Source of the DNA: Octopus vulgaris
Lineage: Eukaryota
Direction of reading: 5' to 3'
NCBI GenBank assembly: GCA_951406725.2
Contig: OX597827.1
Span: 61,504,001-61,568,000, forward strand
Length of the DNA stretch: 64,000 bases
Position numbers and translations under genes: made by a program. The notes below the pieces were generated by a model, which was not told the origin of the DNA, did not search any database, and worked only from the letters and a program-made list of their open reading frames with translations. Below are positions 49,933 to 63,611 of this stretch, in pieces. The stretch's first letter is position 1, and each line of letters opens with the position of its first letter.

Positions 49933-51956
49933 TGTGGTGTAGTGTTGCTAGTCGTTGCATTGCTCGAGTAAATATTAAAATCAAAGGTCTTCTTGCCATA
50001 AACATCTCATCTTGTTAAGCATAATGTATCAAGGAGTCTATCAACCAAAATGTATCTCTCCTTTATGGCTGTATGGTTGAGAAGGTTGCTTCCCAACCAT
50101 GTCGCCTTGGGTTCAGTCCCACTCTGCAGCATGTTGGGCAATACCCTTTCACTGCAGTTCTGTGCCAACCAAAGCCTTGTGTATTATATAATTGCCATTA
50201 CTGTATTGATAAATAAAATAACACATACAACTCACTTATTATTGTCATATAATAAACAAACAGAAGCTCATGTATGAAATTGATCTTTTTTCTACTTCAA
50301 TTATTAAATGATTTTTTCTTATAAAATACACACATACAGGAGGAGTAAATCTATATATATAATAACACTTTGAATGTGACTCCCAAGAAAGAGTAAAAGT
50401 AATTACCCGATCAACAATGGGTATTACTGCTTGTATGTGTATATATATAATATATATATATATACATCAAGAAAATATTACCAATCCTTCCCCAACAAAA
50501 ATATATAACTAGAATGAAAAACATGCAATTAGAACCTTCAGCGTTGCTACAAATACTCGGCCTCACCACCCTTAAAAAGCTCTCCTAAGCATAGTTGGCC
50601 TGTGCATATCCTCATCATAGCAAAGACTGCCCCTTTCCCTCTTCACAACTAGAAAATACTTCAAACCCTAACAACTAACCCTCAACAAAACTCAGGTGAT
50701 ACCCACAATAGGATGCTGCTCCCAGTCTGGGAGAATGCTGGTTACACATTATAGGATGTCTATGTGTAACAATTAGTTACCTTTGTTCTGGGCTTGTCTT
50801 TAAACTGCATCCAGTAGTGGGGACTTCGGGAGTTCCAGGGTTTTAAGAAGTGGGAACCACACACACATGTATATATATATATATATATACAACAGGCTTC
50901 TTCTAGTTTCTGTCTACCAAATCCACTCACAAGGCTTTGATCGGCCTGAAGCTATAGTAGAAGACACTTGCCCAAGGTGCCACACAGTGGGACTGAACCT
51001 GGAACCATGTGGTTGGTAAACAAGCTACTTACCAGACAGCCACTCCTGTGCCTTGTTTGTTAATAACTTTAATTTCAATGTTTTGTTGTTTTTTTTTTAA
51101 ATACATTTTCTATTAGAACAAAAAGAAATGGTGTCAAAGTAAAATAACATTGCAAGTTTTAGATTAAAATGATTTTATTTTTTAATATGGTATTATAGTT
51201 TTTTTTATTAAGGCTTTCATTAATCTGAATTTTAATTATTTTCTTTCAACCTTTGAGATGAGGATTTTCGGTATGTAGTGACCCATATTTTCCAGCATAC
51301 AAGTTGACAAAGCATAATATAGCATAAATATTCAAACATTGCCATTATCCTTTCAATTGCTGCTGCATGTCAATGGAATTTATGGCCCTCCAAAGTTGTA
51401 TAATTTGTCCTACATTTTTTTGGCAGTAAACTTTGGTCTGAAAAATTCAATTTTTATACCAGAAAATATGTTCCTGCTTCCACAGAAAATTGCATTTGAT
51501 TGAATGGTCTGAAGTCATTCACCAACACATTTCAACTACTTTCCCTCAGGCATGCTGTGTCTTCTCTCTGTCTTTTCTACCACTACTGCTGTGGTCTATG
51601 CTCTTCAAAGCCTGCTGGTGTCATGTCATGTCCACTCAAGAATTTTTCTCCTCTCACAAAAACATAGTTTCTGTCCACCGATGCCTTACACTAACCATTA
51701 TACTTTCTGAAGTTGATCTGAAGAACATGAACCATGATGTTGTATGTCGTGAAGGGTTTGAAAAGGCCATGGGTGGGATCAGCCCATCCCCTTAAAAAAG
51801 ACTTTCATTTTCATATTGCTCTGTAAATTATGATTTTAACAAAACTGTTTTCATTTCATATTTACTGTATTTAATCTTATCTTTTACTTGTTTCAGTCAT
51901 TGGACTGCAGCCATTCTGGAGTACTACCCTGAAAGATTTTAGTTGGCCTGTGCATA

Positions 51957-51994
<38 letters not shown>

Positions 51995-52431
51995 AAGTGA
52001 AAGGAGTACAGTGAACTTGCTGTGAGGAGTGGAATATCCAACGTATCGGATTCAATAGAAAATTTTCCTCAATGAATCCATTTATGCAAACTTATAGTTA
52101 TAGACTTTTAAAATGATGATGATGGTGATGGTAGTGGTGTTGATGATGGAATGAGCAGTACAATATTCAAACTTAGTTGCTACTTGACCACAATTATTAC
52201 ATAGTGTTTTTTTTTGTCTTTGGTCAGTGTTATTTCCTATTGGTTCCATCTAGAAATCAAACGAAATGACTACTATTCCTTTCAAACTTTGTTTTTCTGA
52301 CCTGGACATCAATGTTTTCAAAATAACCCATTTTCCATTACATTTCAGACAGATTTGGTGCCGAGTTACTGAAGCAGAAATATCATTACAGCAAATATTT
52401 TGCTCAATACCACAGATTTCTATGTCAACCT

Positions 52432-52600
52432 AGGCCCCCATATCTACGGCATTCGCCGCTGGAATAAGGAGTGGTTGGAGATCACGCAGTCATTAGCCTC
52501 AAATCGCCAGGCCTGGTTGGCATCTGTGAAAGATGCAGCATTGAGGATGAATGAAGCCAGCTCAACCCATCCCGGGTGAATGCTGTCAAGTCAATTCAGT
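52432..52600 (+). mobile_element. RTE-clade LINE C-terminal fragment
   Basis: GPHIYGIRRWNKEWLEITQSLASNRQAWLASVKDAA resembles RTE-clade C-termini (recalled similarity, not searched). Confidence 0.55.
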
Positions 52601-53172
52601 CATTTCTATGTCAACTGCTTCACGTCAACCACTTGAGCATGTCCCTTAGTGACTGACAATACGTGCATCTTCAATTATGAGGAATAGCAGGAGACTTACC
52701 AAGTCTCTTCATCAGTAGCAGACACCCAGTAGCTGCACAGCAACTGAATCTCACTGTCATAAAAAAATTGTTTGATGTTTGTAAAATTAGTAGCAATTAA
52801 TTTGAAGAAAGAAGATGGGGAGGCTGGATACGTTAAACCATGCTGTCTGTGGTGGGCAGAAGCATTCTTATTAACAAGCACAGTCTTTTGAGATGAGAGA
52901 TAAAAAATATAGACACTAGATGCTGTGACACTAGATGTGTGGGTATCCATATTCAGTGTCAACATCCCTGTCATTATAAAACCACTTCCAGCTGGCCAAT
53001 GTGATCCAGAGGAAGGCATGGCTATGTAGTTAAGAAGCTCAATTTGCAACCACAAGGTTTTGGGTTCAATTCCAATGCACGGGATCTTGTGCAAGTGTCT
53101 TCTACTATAAGCCTCAGCTCAACCAATGCCTTGTGAGTGAATTTGGTAGAGTGGAGATGGTATAAAACCTTG

Positions 53173-53211
<39 letters not shown>

Positions 53212-54224
53212 GGTGTTAGCCCACCCTTACCAAATGACAACTGATTTTAGTTTGTTTACCTCTATAACTTAGAGATTCAGTAAAAGTGACTGATAAAATT
53301 AGTATGAGATTTTACAAACAAAATAGCTGCACCAGCATCTGGTTGGTACTCATTTTTCAGTCAAGCAGACTGGAGTGATAATGATATGAAGTGCTTTGCT
53401 CAAGGACACAGTGCACTACCTTGTTCAAGAATTGAACTCTCAACTTTATGAACATGAGCCCAACATTTAACCACTTGGCCACTCAACTTCACAATTAATG
53501 GAATAATTAATATAAAAAATAAACAGCCGACCAAAGCCTTGTGAGTGGATTTGGTAGACGGAAACTCAAAGAAGCCCGTCGTATATATGTATGTGTGTGT
53601 GTGTGCGCGTATGTTTGTGTGTTTCTGTTTGTCCCCCTAGCATTGCATGACAACCGATGCTGGTGTGTTTATGTCCCCGTAACTTAGCAGTTCAGCAAAA
53701 GAGACCGATAGAATAAGTACGGGGCTTACAAAGAATAAGTCATGGGGTCGATTTGCTCGACAAAACGTGGTGCTCCAGCATGGCCGCAGTCAAATGACTG
53801 AAACAAGTAAAAGAGAGCAGAAAGAACTACAAAGAAAAAAAAAGAGAAGAAAAGGAAAAGACAGACAGACAGACAAACAAACAAACAAACAAAGGACAAA
53901 GAAAAATGAAAACAAAACTTTTTTAAAAAATCGAAGTGAAATTACAACAAAATTTATACCCATATTGAAAAGGAAAAAAATATTTAAAGGCAGAAACAAA
54001 TTATAAAAGCAAAATAACAATAATGATAATTTTTCGGTCTAATAAAATATCAAGAGCGAAAAAATATGCAGCTAATGTTTGGCTGATGGTAGCGCAACCA
54101 AGTGTGTATGTATGTATATAATATCTGTGTGTGTCTGTGTTTATGAGTAACATTGTTGAGTGGAGTGGAGCGAGGTGCAGTTTAACTAGGAAAAAAAGTA
54201 CTCAGTTATCATAGCAAAGTGTAG

Positions 54225-54377
54225 AATACATACATATATACACGCATGCACACACACACACACACACATACTGATACATATATTTATTATGTATACCTCT
54301 ATATTGTATACTTACATATAATACATATACACACATATAATACATACATACATAAATATATTGTATGTGTGTGTATG

Positions 54378-54413
<36 letters not shown>

Positions 54414-54640
54414 AACATACATATATGCATGCATATATAAACACATTTTATATATATACATAATATATACATACACACATACATAAATATATTGTATGTG
54501 TGTGTATATATATATACACACACAAACATACATATATGCATGCATATATATTTTATATAAACATAATATATACATACACACATATACATACATACAGTAT
54601 ACATATATATATGTATATATGACATACATACACACACATT
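54225..54640. repeat. Compound (TA/CA/TG)n microsatellite
   Basis: Direct reading; source of several spurious ORFs. Confidence 0.9.
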
Positions 54641-54936
54641 TTGAGTACTCTTTTTCCCGTTTGTATCTTTAAATGTATATACCAATATATACACACACAA
54701 GCAGTTATTATTGTCATTGTTGTTGACGTTAGCTACCACTAATGGCCAGCAAACTTCCACAGAGTGGTCCTTATGAATAGGTCGGCTTTAGATGAGAAGG
54801 AAAGTGATCAGGCCCTTTAACAAGAAATCAGCTGCTGGGTCGGTAAGCCCCCTATGGAGAGGGGGGGGGAAGGCCATCATCGTTGTTGGTGAACAACAAA
54901 TAAGCAGAGGTCAGCCAGGTTCCACTGAAATTTTAT

Positions 54937-55075
54937 TTACATTCGTTCCAGTTTCGCCTGAACTGAGCGGTATTTGTTTACAAGTTGGCGCACTTCAGGG
55001 TCTGTGCTGCTGATTGCTTGTAGCTCCACCTGGTAGCTGGACACTGCATCAAGGCAATAAGTGAAAAACTGCCTC
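54937..55075 (-). CDS. NUP155: NUP155 last coding exon (RRQFFTYCLDAVSSYQVELQA...YRSVQAKLERM-stop)
   Basis: CLDAV..Y.VELQ and .S.QAKLER match the Nup155 C-terminus; TTTTGCAG| acceptor, phase 2. Confidence 0.93.
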
Positions 55076-57485
55076 CTGCAAAAAGAAGAAAGAAAGAAAG
55101 TATAAAGACCAAATGTCATAAAATATCATTCGTTTTAAAATAATAGCTATCATTGATGATAATCATGATGTCTATAATTAATTACATATGCTTGGTTTTG
55201 GGCATCCTCCCTACTCAAGCCAACCCTCCCAATCTCCTCCTCCCTTCACGTTTTCCTCAGACTACCTTACTTTCAAGGTCTGTTTACCTCAAACCCAAGC
55301 ACCCTCCTCAGAACATGCACCTCATCCCTCCTCATCCCATACCAATTTCTTTACTACCCACAAGGGAGCTAAACACAGAGAGGACAAACAAGGACAGAGA
55401 AACGGATTAAGTCGATTATATCGACCCCAGTGTGTAACTGGTACCTATTTAATCGACCCCAAAAAGATGAAAGGCAAAGTCGACCTCGGCAGAATTCGAA
55501 TGTTGCGGCAGACGAAATACTGCTAAGCATTTCGGCTGGTGTGATAACGATTCTGCCAGCTCACTGCCTTCCATTCATTTTAACATAATAGCTATCAATG
55601 ATGATAATCATGATGTCTATAATTAATTACATATGTAATATCAACACAAACATTATTACGATATACAACAGTCAAACATTTTAGTCAACACTCCACTAAA
55701 AAAAAAAAAGGGTAGATGCAAAAAACAAATCGTTAACTCTTTTGATATCAAACCACCCAAGACTGTATCTATGATACAAATTTCTTATTTTAAAGTCAGC
55801 TAAATTAACCCTTTAGCACCATCCAAGCGTGATTGTTGCCAGGGCAGCTAACTGGCCTCCGTACCGGTGGCACGTAAGAGGCACCATTCGAGCGTGATCG
55901 TTACCAGCATCACCTTACTGATACCTGTGCCGGTAGCATGTGTAAAAAGATTCGAGCGAGGTCGTAGCGAGTACTGCCTGATTGGCCCCCGTGCTGGTGG
56001 CACGTAAAAGCACCCACTACACTCTCGGAGTGGTTGGCGTTAGGAAGGGCATCCAGCTGTAGAAACTCTACCAGATCAAGATTGAAGCCTGGTGCAGCCA
56101 TCTGATTCGCCGGCCCTCTGACAAATCGTCCAACCCATGCTAGCATGGAAAGCAGACGTTAAACAATGATGATGATGATGATGATTTCTGTTGAAATACA
56201 CTGCCTTCGTTTCAATAATTTTTGAAACCAATGAAGAATTTATCAAAATAATTGCACTCTTAGTATTTAAACCAGTCAAATCCAGTCAAAATATTCTGTT
56301 TTATCTTCAAACTGGTTGAATCCGGCCTTTCACACCTACCCCCAATAGTGTTACTTTAAAAATAAACAATTACATCATCAAAATCTTAAGACTATGAGAC
56401 AAAGCATGATTAATTCAAAACAATGTGAAGAAATAAGCATTACATTTGACAGAGTAATCTGAATGCTAAAGGGTTAAACTTGTGTTTGGAATATAAATTA
56501 ACATGGAATTTTGATGGGGGATTTTAATTTAGATCATTTTAAAACAGTGAATTTGTATCATAGGACCAGGGGCAGTCTTACGTGGGTTGCTATCAAAAGG
56601 GTTAAAACCCCCCACAAAAATTTCATATTAATTTATCTTCCAAATACCAGCTTTATTATGATAAAGGTATTTTACTAAATTCTTCATTATTACCAAAATT
56701 AATTAAAACAAGGACAGTGTGTTTTAACAGAACTTCGGTAATGAAAAAGATTTTTTTAAAAAGTGGGTGGTAGTTACATTAACCCTTTCGATACCAACCT
56801 TCCTGAAACTGTCTCTGGCTCTGTAGTACAAATGTCATTTTCAAAAGGTTCTCAATTAAAATCTTCTACCAAACCTTAGTCACAATTTATGTTCCTAACA
56901 CTAGCTTAATGATAAAGTTATTTTACTAAATTCTTTGTTATATTTAATGTAATTGAAAGAAATACAGAGCATCTCAAAATAAATACAGTAACAAAATCAC
57001 GACAAATTTATGCTATAAGTTACTTGGTGACCCTGCCAGTGCTGGTGCCACATAAAAAGCATATAGTCCACACTGTAAAGTGGTTGGCATTTGGAAGGGA
57101 AGCCAGCTGTAAAACCCACGTCAAAACTGACCTTGCCTGTGCTGGTGCCAAAATATATATATATATATATATATATACACGATATTTACCACATGAACTA
57201 CGATGAAAAAAATGAGAAAGATATCCATATAATTTTTTTGTGCAGGGATTCCTTGAGACGTAATTTAATTTAAGGGTTATGCAAGGGTAAAAAGGTTGAG
57301 GAACACTGCTCTATAGAATGGCTGGCATTAGAAATGGCACGTATTGTGTTCAATAGCCAAGTATATTACTATGTTAGAAACCAGTTCATTCTTTAAAGGA
57401 AGAATTCAAAGAAACACACACACACACACACACAGAAGCATAGGTTGGTAGGTAGGAAGACAGATAGAAAGAGGTTTAAACTTAC

Positions 57486-57592
57486 CGTTCTGCTGTTGGA
57501 ATCAAGTGGATCATGTTCGTTAATTTATCAATAAGATGGTATAAAACTGTGAGAATGTGTAATGGTTTGTGGTATTTCTGCCAGCTTGGACC
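57486..57592 (-). CDS. NUP155: NUP155 exon (GPSWQKYHKPLHILTVLYHLIDKLTNMIHLIPTAER)
   Basis: P.W....KPLH.L motif; ACTAG| and |GTAAGT; 107 nt, phase 0/2. Confidence 0.9.
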
Positions 57593-58084
57593 CTAGTGAA
57601 ATAAAAGACAAAGACAACGTAAATATATTTACACAGAATCTCACTTGAAACCAGTGCCAGGTTTACCCTTGTGCTTAGGTGTGCTTAAGGAGAGGGCTCT
57701 GTTGACCAGGAGCTCTGGTCAACGGGACCCTGTCCAAACAAGGAGCTTCGTAACTTAACTAGCACAGAGTCTCATTTGTTCTAAATCCAACACTGCTCGA
57801 AACCCATTAAAGACATTGGGCAAATGCAGAGAGTTTTACCTTCAATCGTGAATTGATTTGTTCTTAGTTTGTTGTAACTCCCAATTTGATAGTTTTTAAT
57901 AATAAAGCGTTAATGTTAATGTTACACTGTGGAAAGGGGATGGTATAAAGTGTGTGTGAGAGAGAGAGAAAGATTGATTCAAATGAACACTAGTGACACA
58001 TATGACAATTAGCAGTGTGAGAGAGTGAGAGGTACATATGCAAATAGGTTATGTTATTTTAGTGTGTATGTGTATACACACACA

Positions 58085-58850
58085 TAGTGTGCATACTCGA
58101 CAGAGTGCTAGTTCCTTGAGAGAAAGGTTGGACCTAAGAAGCATCAGATGTGGTGTGCAAGAGAAAAGACTGCACTGGTATGGTCATGTGGTGAGAATGG
58201 ATGTGGATAGCTGAGTGAAACCGTGCCACACCCTAGCAGTTGAGGGAACCTGTGGAAGAGGTAGACCCAGGAAGACCTGGGACGAGGTGGTGAAGCATGA
58301 CCTTCAAACATTGGGCCTCACCGAGGCAATAACCAGTGACCGGGACCTCTGGAAATATGCTGTGCTTGAGAAGACTTGGCAAGTGCTAGTGTGACCACAA
58401 CGTTGTGGCCCATGCCAGGAGTGTAAACAGTCCACTTATGCGTGCCTTTCCTTCATTGGACACTAAACTCTGCTTGTGAAGACCAGTTGAGGCAAGTGAA
58501 ATCGAAGTCAGAATCAAACTCAATTGCGAAGACCCATTGAGGCACATGAAATCGAAATCAAATTCGGTGATTGGCATCCGTTGCTAGTGGAGCGCTAAGA
58601 GTACCATACGAGTGAGATCGTTGCCAGAGCAACAAGCTGGCCTTCATGCGAACGTGATCATTACCTGCGTCGCCTTACTGGCACTTGTGCTGGTAGCACG
58701 TGAAAAAAACAAAACATTCGAGCAAGGTTGTTGCCATTGCCGCTGGACTAGCTTCTGTGCAGGTGGCACATAAAAAGCACCATTTGAGCGTGGCTGTTGC
58801 CAGTACCACCTAACTGGCCCTCGTGCCAGTGGTTGACATTAGGAAGGGTT
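58085..58850 (+). mobile_element. RTE LINE 3' end (ORF remnant plus family C 3' region)
   Basis: RLHWYGHVVRM...VEGTCGRGRPRKTWDEVV...DRDLWK is the RTE C-terminal motif; one in-frame stop. Confidence 0.88.
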
Positions 58851-59210
58851 GAGGCTATAGTAGAAGACACTTGCCCAAGGTGCCACGCGGTGGGACTGAA
58901 CCCGGGACCATGTGGTTCATAAGCAAGCTACTTACCACACAGCCACTCCGACGCCTATCATGTATAATCTTGTAGCTTCGAGATTTCAATGATGTGATTG
59001 TATATTTTTAGAATGACATTGTAGGGTAGGTGTGAAAAGCTAGATCCAGTCAGTTTGAACATAAAACAAGTAAAATATTTTTGGCCAGATGTGGCCAGTT
59101 TAAATGCTAAAGGTTTAAACCTAGCACTTAGTTTATTATTTACTTTTGCCAAATTGTTAACCCAAAACAGGCATTTTTTACCCACAAGATTCTAGTATGA
59201 AGAGACTCAC

Positions 59211-59347
59211 CCGAAATTTGAAGATGGAATCGTAAACCTGTAGCAACTTGGTAGGTTTCACGCCAAAATCGAGTAGTGTGTTGAAGACCCAGATTGGAGA
59301 CAGATCATGCTGACAACTGCACTGCTCCAAGTATTTTGTGATGAAGG
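59211..59347 (-). CDS. NUP155: NUP155 exon (FITKYLEQCSC...GVKPTKLLQVYDSIFKFR)
   Basis: FI...LEQ..C and GV....LL.VYD..FK.R motifs; AACAG| and |GTGAGT; 137 nt, phase 1/0. Confidence 0.92.
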
Positions 59348-60840
59348 CTGTTGTATAGAATGTGAAGGAAGAAAAATATATTAAAGCAAAAGAGAAAAAA
59401 AACAGAACAGAATACAAACAGCAACAGAAGAAATTGTTTTAAATGAAATTAGACATTTTCAATTATAATAACAACTATAAATACCATCATCACTATCTTC
59501 CACAGATAAAATTTATATTTACAAGGAGTGGCTGTGTGGTGGGCCGACCAAAGCTTTGTGAGTGGATTTGGTAGATGGAAACTGAAAGAAGCCCGTCGCA
59601 TATATGTATATATATGTGTATGTACGTGTATGTATGTTTGTGTGTCTGTGTTTGTCCCCCCCCCACCAACATCGCTTGACAACCATTGTGTGTATGTGTG
59701 CATGCACACACACACACAATGGGATTCTTTCAGTTTCTTATTTCTTTATTGCCCACAAGGGGTTAAACATAGAGGGGACAAACAAGGACAGACAAAGGGA
59801 TTAAGTCGATTATATCGACCCCAGTGCGTAACCGGCACTTAAGGCAAAGTCGACCTCGGCAGAATTTGAACTCAGAACATAATGGCAGACAATATACCAC
59901 TAAGCATTTCGCCCAGCGTGCTAACGTTTCTGCCAGCTCACCTTCTTTAAGTTTCTGTTTACCAAATCCACTCACAAGTCTATAAGTAGAAGACATTTGC
60001 CCAAGGTGTCATGCAATGAGACTGAACACAAAACCATATGGCTGGGAAGCAAACTTTACCACACAGCCATTTCTTAGTCTACAGAAGAAATCAGATAAAA
60101 GCATACACATCAACACACATGAAGGACATCCAGCTGTAAAAACCATGCCAAAACAAACCTCACCTGTCCTGGTGCCATGTGACAAGCACTCAGCCCACTC
60201 TGCAGAGTGGTTGATGTTAGGGAGGGCATCCAGTTGTAAAAATCATGCCAAAACAGACAGAGTAGCCTGGTGCAGTCTTCCACTTGGCCAGCTCCTGTCA
60301 AACCGCCCAACCCATGCCAGCAGGGAAGGCAGATGTTAAATGATGATGATGATGATGATAAATACACCTGAGACCCCCTTCGGTCATGACTGACCGTAGG
60401 ATTGCACCTAGAAAGTTACCCTCCCAGGCACAGGTCCGGGCAAGGTTGTTTATGGAAGACCAGCAGTCGCCCATGCATACCGGCCTCCCCTCTCCAGTGA
60501 AGGTACATGGTTCAGTGGTTAGAGTATCAAGCTTACGATCGTGATGTCGTGAGTTTGAATCACAGACCGGGCTGCATGTTGTGTTCTTGAGCAAGACACT
60601 TTATTTCACGTTGCCCCAGTTCACTCAGCTGTAGAAATGATTTGCGACATCACAGGTGCCAAGCTGTATTGGCCGTTGTCTTTCCCTTGGATAAATACAC
60701 CACAAAATAATTAATTATTTAGGTGTGAGTGGAAGTAGATTCAAACTTAGATATTTTTAAAAGTATATTACCACAGTACATCCACCAGACTTCTTCAAAT
60801 ACAAAAAACACTGGGGGACTGTTTTCATAGTTTAACTTAC

Positions 60841-60951
60841 CAAGAGGGAAGTAGCGGTCAGCAGACACATATTGTTTGCCGATTGGAAGTAACTGGTTGG
60901 ATATATTCACAGGGTTTATGACACTAGATGCTTTCTTGGCTGAATCTATCG
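60841..60951 (-). CDS. NUP155: NUP155 exon (IDSAKK...IGKQYVSADRYFPL)
   Basis: GK.Y....R.FPL motif; TTTCCAG| and |GTAAGT; 111 nt, phase 1/1. Confidence 0.92.
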
Positions 60952-61201
60952 CTGGAAAAAAAAGATAAGAAAAACCACATGTTAATACTTCTCTATATGT
61001 CTGTCAATATGACAATTAATAACACAAAAGATACATTTTTAATTAATTGTTAATTATTCACTACTAAGTTTAAAATTGAAAATTAATTATTTTTAAAATA
61101 AAAAAAAACATTCATTTCATTACAGTTAGGAATGAATTAAGAACTGCAATTTTCAAAGACATAAACACAAATTAAAAAGAGAAAGACAACAAGAAAATTA
61201 A

Positions 61202-61421
61202 CCCTTTCGTTACCAAGCCGGCTGACACCGGCTTGTCTTTCAGTATAAATGTCTTGTTTTCATAAGTTTTGAATTAAAATCTTCCACCGAACCTTAGTCA
61301 CAATTTAATGTTCCTAACACTAGCTGAATGATAACTAAGTTATTTTACTAAATTCTTTGTTATATTTAAAATAATTGAAAGAAACACAGAGCATCTCAAA
61401 ATAAATACAGTAACAAAAGGG
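61202..61421. mobile_element. piggyBac-type MITE with TTAA target-site duplication
   Basis: TTAA|CCCTTTCGTTAC ... GTAACAAAAGGG|TTAA; sibling copy at ~56780-56995. Confidence 0.8.
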
Positions 61422-62408
61422 TTAAGGGACTGAACAAGATAAAACTCATGGGACAACAATAGGATAACAAAGAGGACTGAACAACAAGACTATTAAGGGA
61501 CTGAATGGATAGGATAACTCAGGGAACTGAAAAACAGGATAACAAAGAGGACTGAACAGCTGGCAATAAGGGGACTGGATGATAGGACAAGGGGATTAAA
61601 TATCAGGCCAACTAGAGGACTAAAAAACAGGACCACTAAGGGAATATTATGTTTCTCTAAGTCTGTCTAGGGCAGTGAAACATACAACTGGTAGAGTGTC
61701 TTACAGTGTTAACTTGACAAAATGCACATGTGTGTACTTCAGAATTACAAGTACAATCTATCTGAGGTTCTCGTACTTTCTGTCTCCTGTCAATATTCAG
61801 TGATAAGGTTTGGGACAACCTGAGGCTATGTTAAGGGTACTTGCCCAAACCTGTGTTCACAGGATTGTCAAGTGGACTTCTTGGCCACTGTAGCCATGTC
61901 TGCATTCATCTCTGCTGTCTAGTTTCTTTTTGTATTACTCTTGCTCTTTGGCCGAGCTGCAGCAATTTTTGTCTGGTTCCCAAAGCATCAAGTGCCGAAA
62001 ATGAACTTTCTTATCTTCCATTTTAAAGGGTTACAGAATTAACACAGGTTATAGGAACATAAACCTTCTTCCACGAAAAGATAGCTTAAACTGTGCTCTA
62101 AATGGAGGTGTGGTCAAATCATATTTTATGGACTCAACCATGTTCTAAAATAAGTCGAAAGGTAAGCTACTATAAATCGGCACAAACTTTCCGGACAACC
62201 CAATATTTCCCTATGACTGGACATAATTTCATGGAAGAATCGAAACAAAGGATGCTGCTTGTGTGATGATGACACAACAATCATGTGATGTTAATTACAA
62301 AGAAACAGACGCACACACACATAGATATGACAGGCATCTTTCAGTCATGTTGAGGTTCACCTCGTTGGCTCAGGCTCAGTTTGGTGGTGAGAGTGTCTTG
62401 AGACTTAC

Positions 62409-62529
62409 CTGAATCTATAATACTTTGCCAAAGATTTTCAATGAGAGCTGGATCAAAGAGGCCAGCAGAATGGACAATAGCCAGCTTGCATTCATGCAGG
62501 CCGTATGGATCAGCAAATTTTTCATAGAG
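62409..62529 (-). CDS. NUP155: NUP155 exon (LYEKFADPYGLHECKLAIVHSAGLFDPALIENLWQSIIDS)
   Basis: LY..FADP..L.ECKLAI.H.AG..DP.L...LWQ.II Nup155 signature; 121 nt, phase 0/1. Confidence 0.96.
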
Positions 62530-62559
62530 CTGAAAGGGAGAGGATATAAAAAGTATTAG

Positions 62560-62805
62560 AGAGAATGAGAGAGAGAGTGAGTGAGTGAGTGAATGAGAGA
62601 GTGAGTGAGTGAGTGAGAGAGAGAGAGTGAGTGAGAGAGAGAGAGTGAGTGAGAGAGAGAGTGAGTGAGACAGAGAGTGAGTGAGAGAGAGAGAGTGAGT
62701 GAGTGAGAGAGTGAGTGAGTGAGTGAGAGAGAGTGAGTGAGAGTGAGAGAGTGAGAGAGAGAGTGAGTGAGAGAGCGTGAGTGAGAGAGCGTGAGTGAGA
62801 GAGAT
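62560..62805. repeat. (GAGT)n/(GA)n microsatellite next to a NUP155 acceptor
   Basis: Direct reading. Confidence 0.9.
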
Positions 62806-63104
62806 GATTGTGAATAAGAGAAAACTGTGAATGAAAGAAACAGATAAAGAAGTGTGAATGAGAGAGAGAGAGAGGCAAAGAGAGGGATAAACAATTATGC
62901 ATGAGAAACAGAGAGAAAGGCAAAGAGTGAAAACTATGAATGAGAGAGCAAGAACAATGAACAGTTAAGAGAGAGAGTGAGCAGAGAATTGAAAGAGAAA
63001 AAAGAGAAAGAAAATGGGTGCAAATGAAAGGAGGAGAGAGAGAGAGAGATTGAAAAAGAGTAGGAGATAATGAGACACAGAGTGTATTAATAGGTGAGAC
63101 TTAC

Positions 63105-63206
63105 TGATGAAATATCTAAAAGATCAGAATTCAAAGCAGTCAACACTTCGTTGTTGCACTGCATAGTGCAGAAAGCATTGTAGACCATCATCTGTAACTT
63201 AGCAAC
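63105..63206 (-). CDS. NUP155: NUP155 exon (VAKLQMMVY...LTALNSDLLDISS); upstream exons lie outside the window
   Basis: VA..Q and L.S.L.DI motifs precede LY..FADP in Nup155; TTGCAG| and |GTAAGT; 102 nt, phase 0/0. Confidence 0.9.
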
Positions 63207-63389
63207 CTGCAACGGAGAACAAACCATGTGGGAAGGAAATTAGTTTCATAATTAATAACTGTGTGCGCGTGCATGCGTACACACACAGCTGTTGGTAATA
63301 TGTTTGTGGATTTGGCAGAACTACATACAAACATTTAAGTGTGGTGGGGGCCAACAGGCATACACAGAAACATATGTAGTCACTCTTAA

Positions 63390-63611
63390 CCCTTTAGTGT
63401 TCACATTATTCTACCAAAATTAATCCTTTTTTCATCCAAATTGTTTTGAACTAATCATGCGTTATCTTGTAGCTTTGAGATTTTGATGAGGTAGCTGTTA
63501 ATTTTTAAAACGATATTGTAGGGTTGGTGTGAGAGACCAGATCTGGCCAGTTTGAACTTAAGACAGGCAGAATACTTTTGGCCGGATATGGCTGGTTTAA
63601 ATGCTAAAGGG
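63390..63611. mobile_element. piggyBac-type MITE (second family) with TTAA target-site duplication
   Basis: TTAA|CCCTTTAG ... CTAAAGGG|TTAA; partial siblings at ~6420-6590, 36240-36450, 41300-41635 and 58960-59115. Confidence 0.8.

Noticed and set aside
51300-51800. Unique-looking stretch that might be a decayed transposase or exon
   Set aside because: The frames I read were interrupted or lacked motifs, and I could not assign a family with confidence.
52696-53094. 132-aa minus-strand ORF ending near a GTAAGT donor-like site
   Set aside because: Starts inside a SINE, has no recognisable motif and no partner exons, and NUP155 has already terminated at 54937.
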